NCBI RefSeq assembly: GCF_006345805.1
Contig: NC_042998.1
Span: 95,976,001 to 96,040,000 of the forward strand
DNA length: 64,000 bases
Direction of reading: 5' to 3'
Source of the DNA: Octopus sinensis
Lineage: Eukaryota
Below are positions 63,834 to 64,000 of the stretch, piece after piece. The notes beneath the pieces were generated by a model. It was given only the letters and a program-made list of their open reading frames with translations. It was not told the DNA's origin and made no database searches. Both the position numbers and the translations under genes were made by a program. Position 1 is the stretch's first letter. Every line of letters begins with the position of its first letter.

Positions 63834-64000
63834 GTGGAGGCGCAATGGCCCAGAACTTAGGGCAGCAGACATGCGGTCGTAGGATCGCGGTTTCGATTCC
63901 CAGACCGGGCGTTGTGTGTTCATTGAGCTATAACACCTAAATCTCTACGAGACTCCGGCAGAGGTGGTGGTGATCCTTGCTGTACTCTTTCACCACAACT
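63834..64000 (+). mobile_element. SINE family D variant (runs off the window end)
   Basis: GGAGGCGCAATGGCCCAG...GGTTTCGATTCCCAGACCGGGCG; homologous to 48369. Confidence 0.75.

Overview
AT-rich, microsatellite-dense eukaryotic genomic DNA, most likely an Octopus species (inferred from the tRNA-derived SINE families and the simple-repeat load). The only host coding sequence I can support is the first coding exon of a quiescin sulfhydryl oxidase (QSOX) gene on the minus strand (44504-44762: signal peptide, thioredoxin WCGHC, GTGAGT donor). I could not find exon 2, so positions 1 to ~44.5 kb are probably one very large intron. The rest is a transposon graveyard: four SINE/retroposon families, a deleted Helitron with both termini, several Tc1/mariner relics (one closely resembling Bmmar1/maT), a Tigger/pogo relic, an RTE relic, an R4/Dong element in (TAA)n, MITEs and a ~1.7-kb near-identical tandem duplication. 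The most interesting signal is a recurring minimal type-I hammerhead-ribozyme fold (five copies). Four of them show compensatory changes in stem I and sit in non-coding, Penelope-like repeats next to (TA)n tracts; two of these repeats carry 1-3 kb of TG-rich cargo. There is also a sharp switch in CpG content at ~43.3 kb. Almost all listed ORFs are microsatellite or repeat artefacts. All calls were made by eye with no database searches, and repeat boundaries are approximate.
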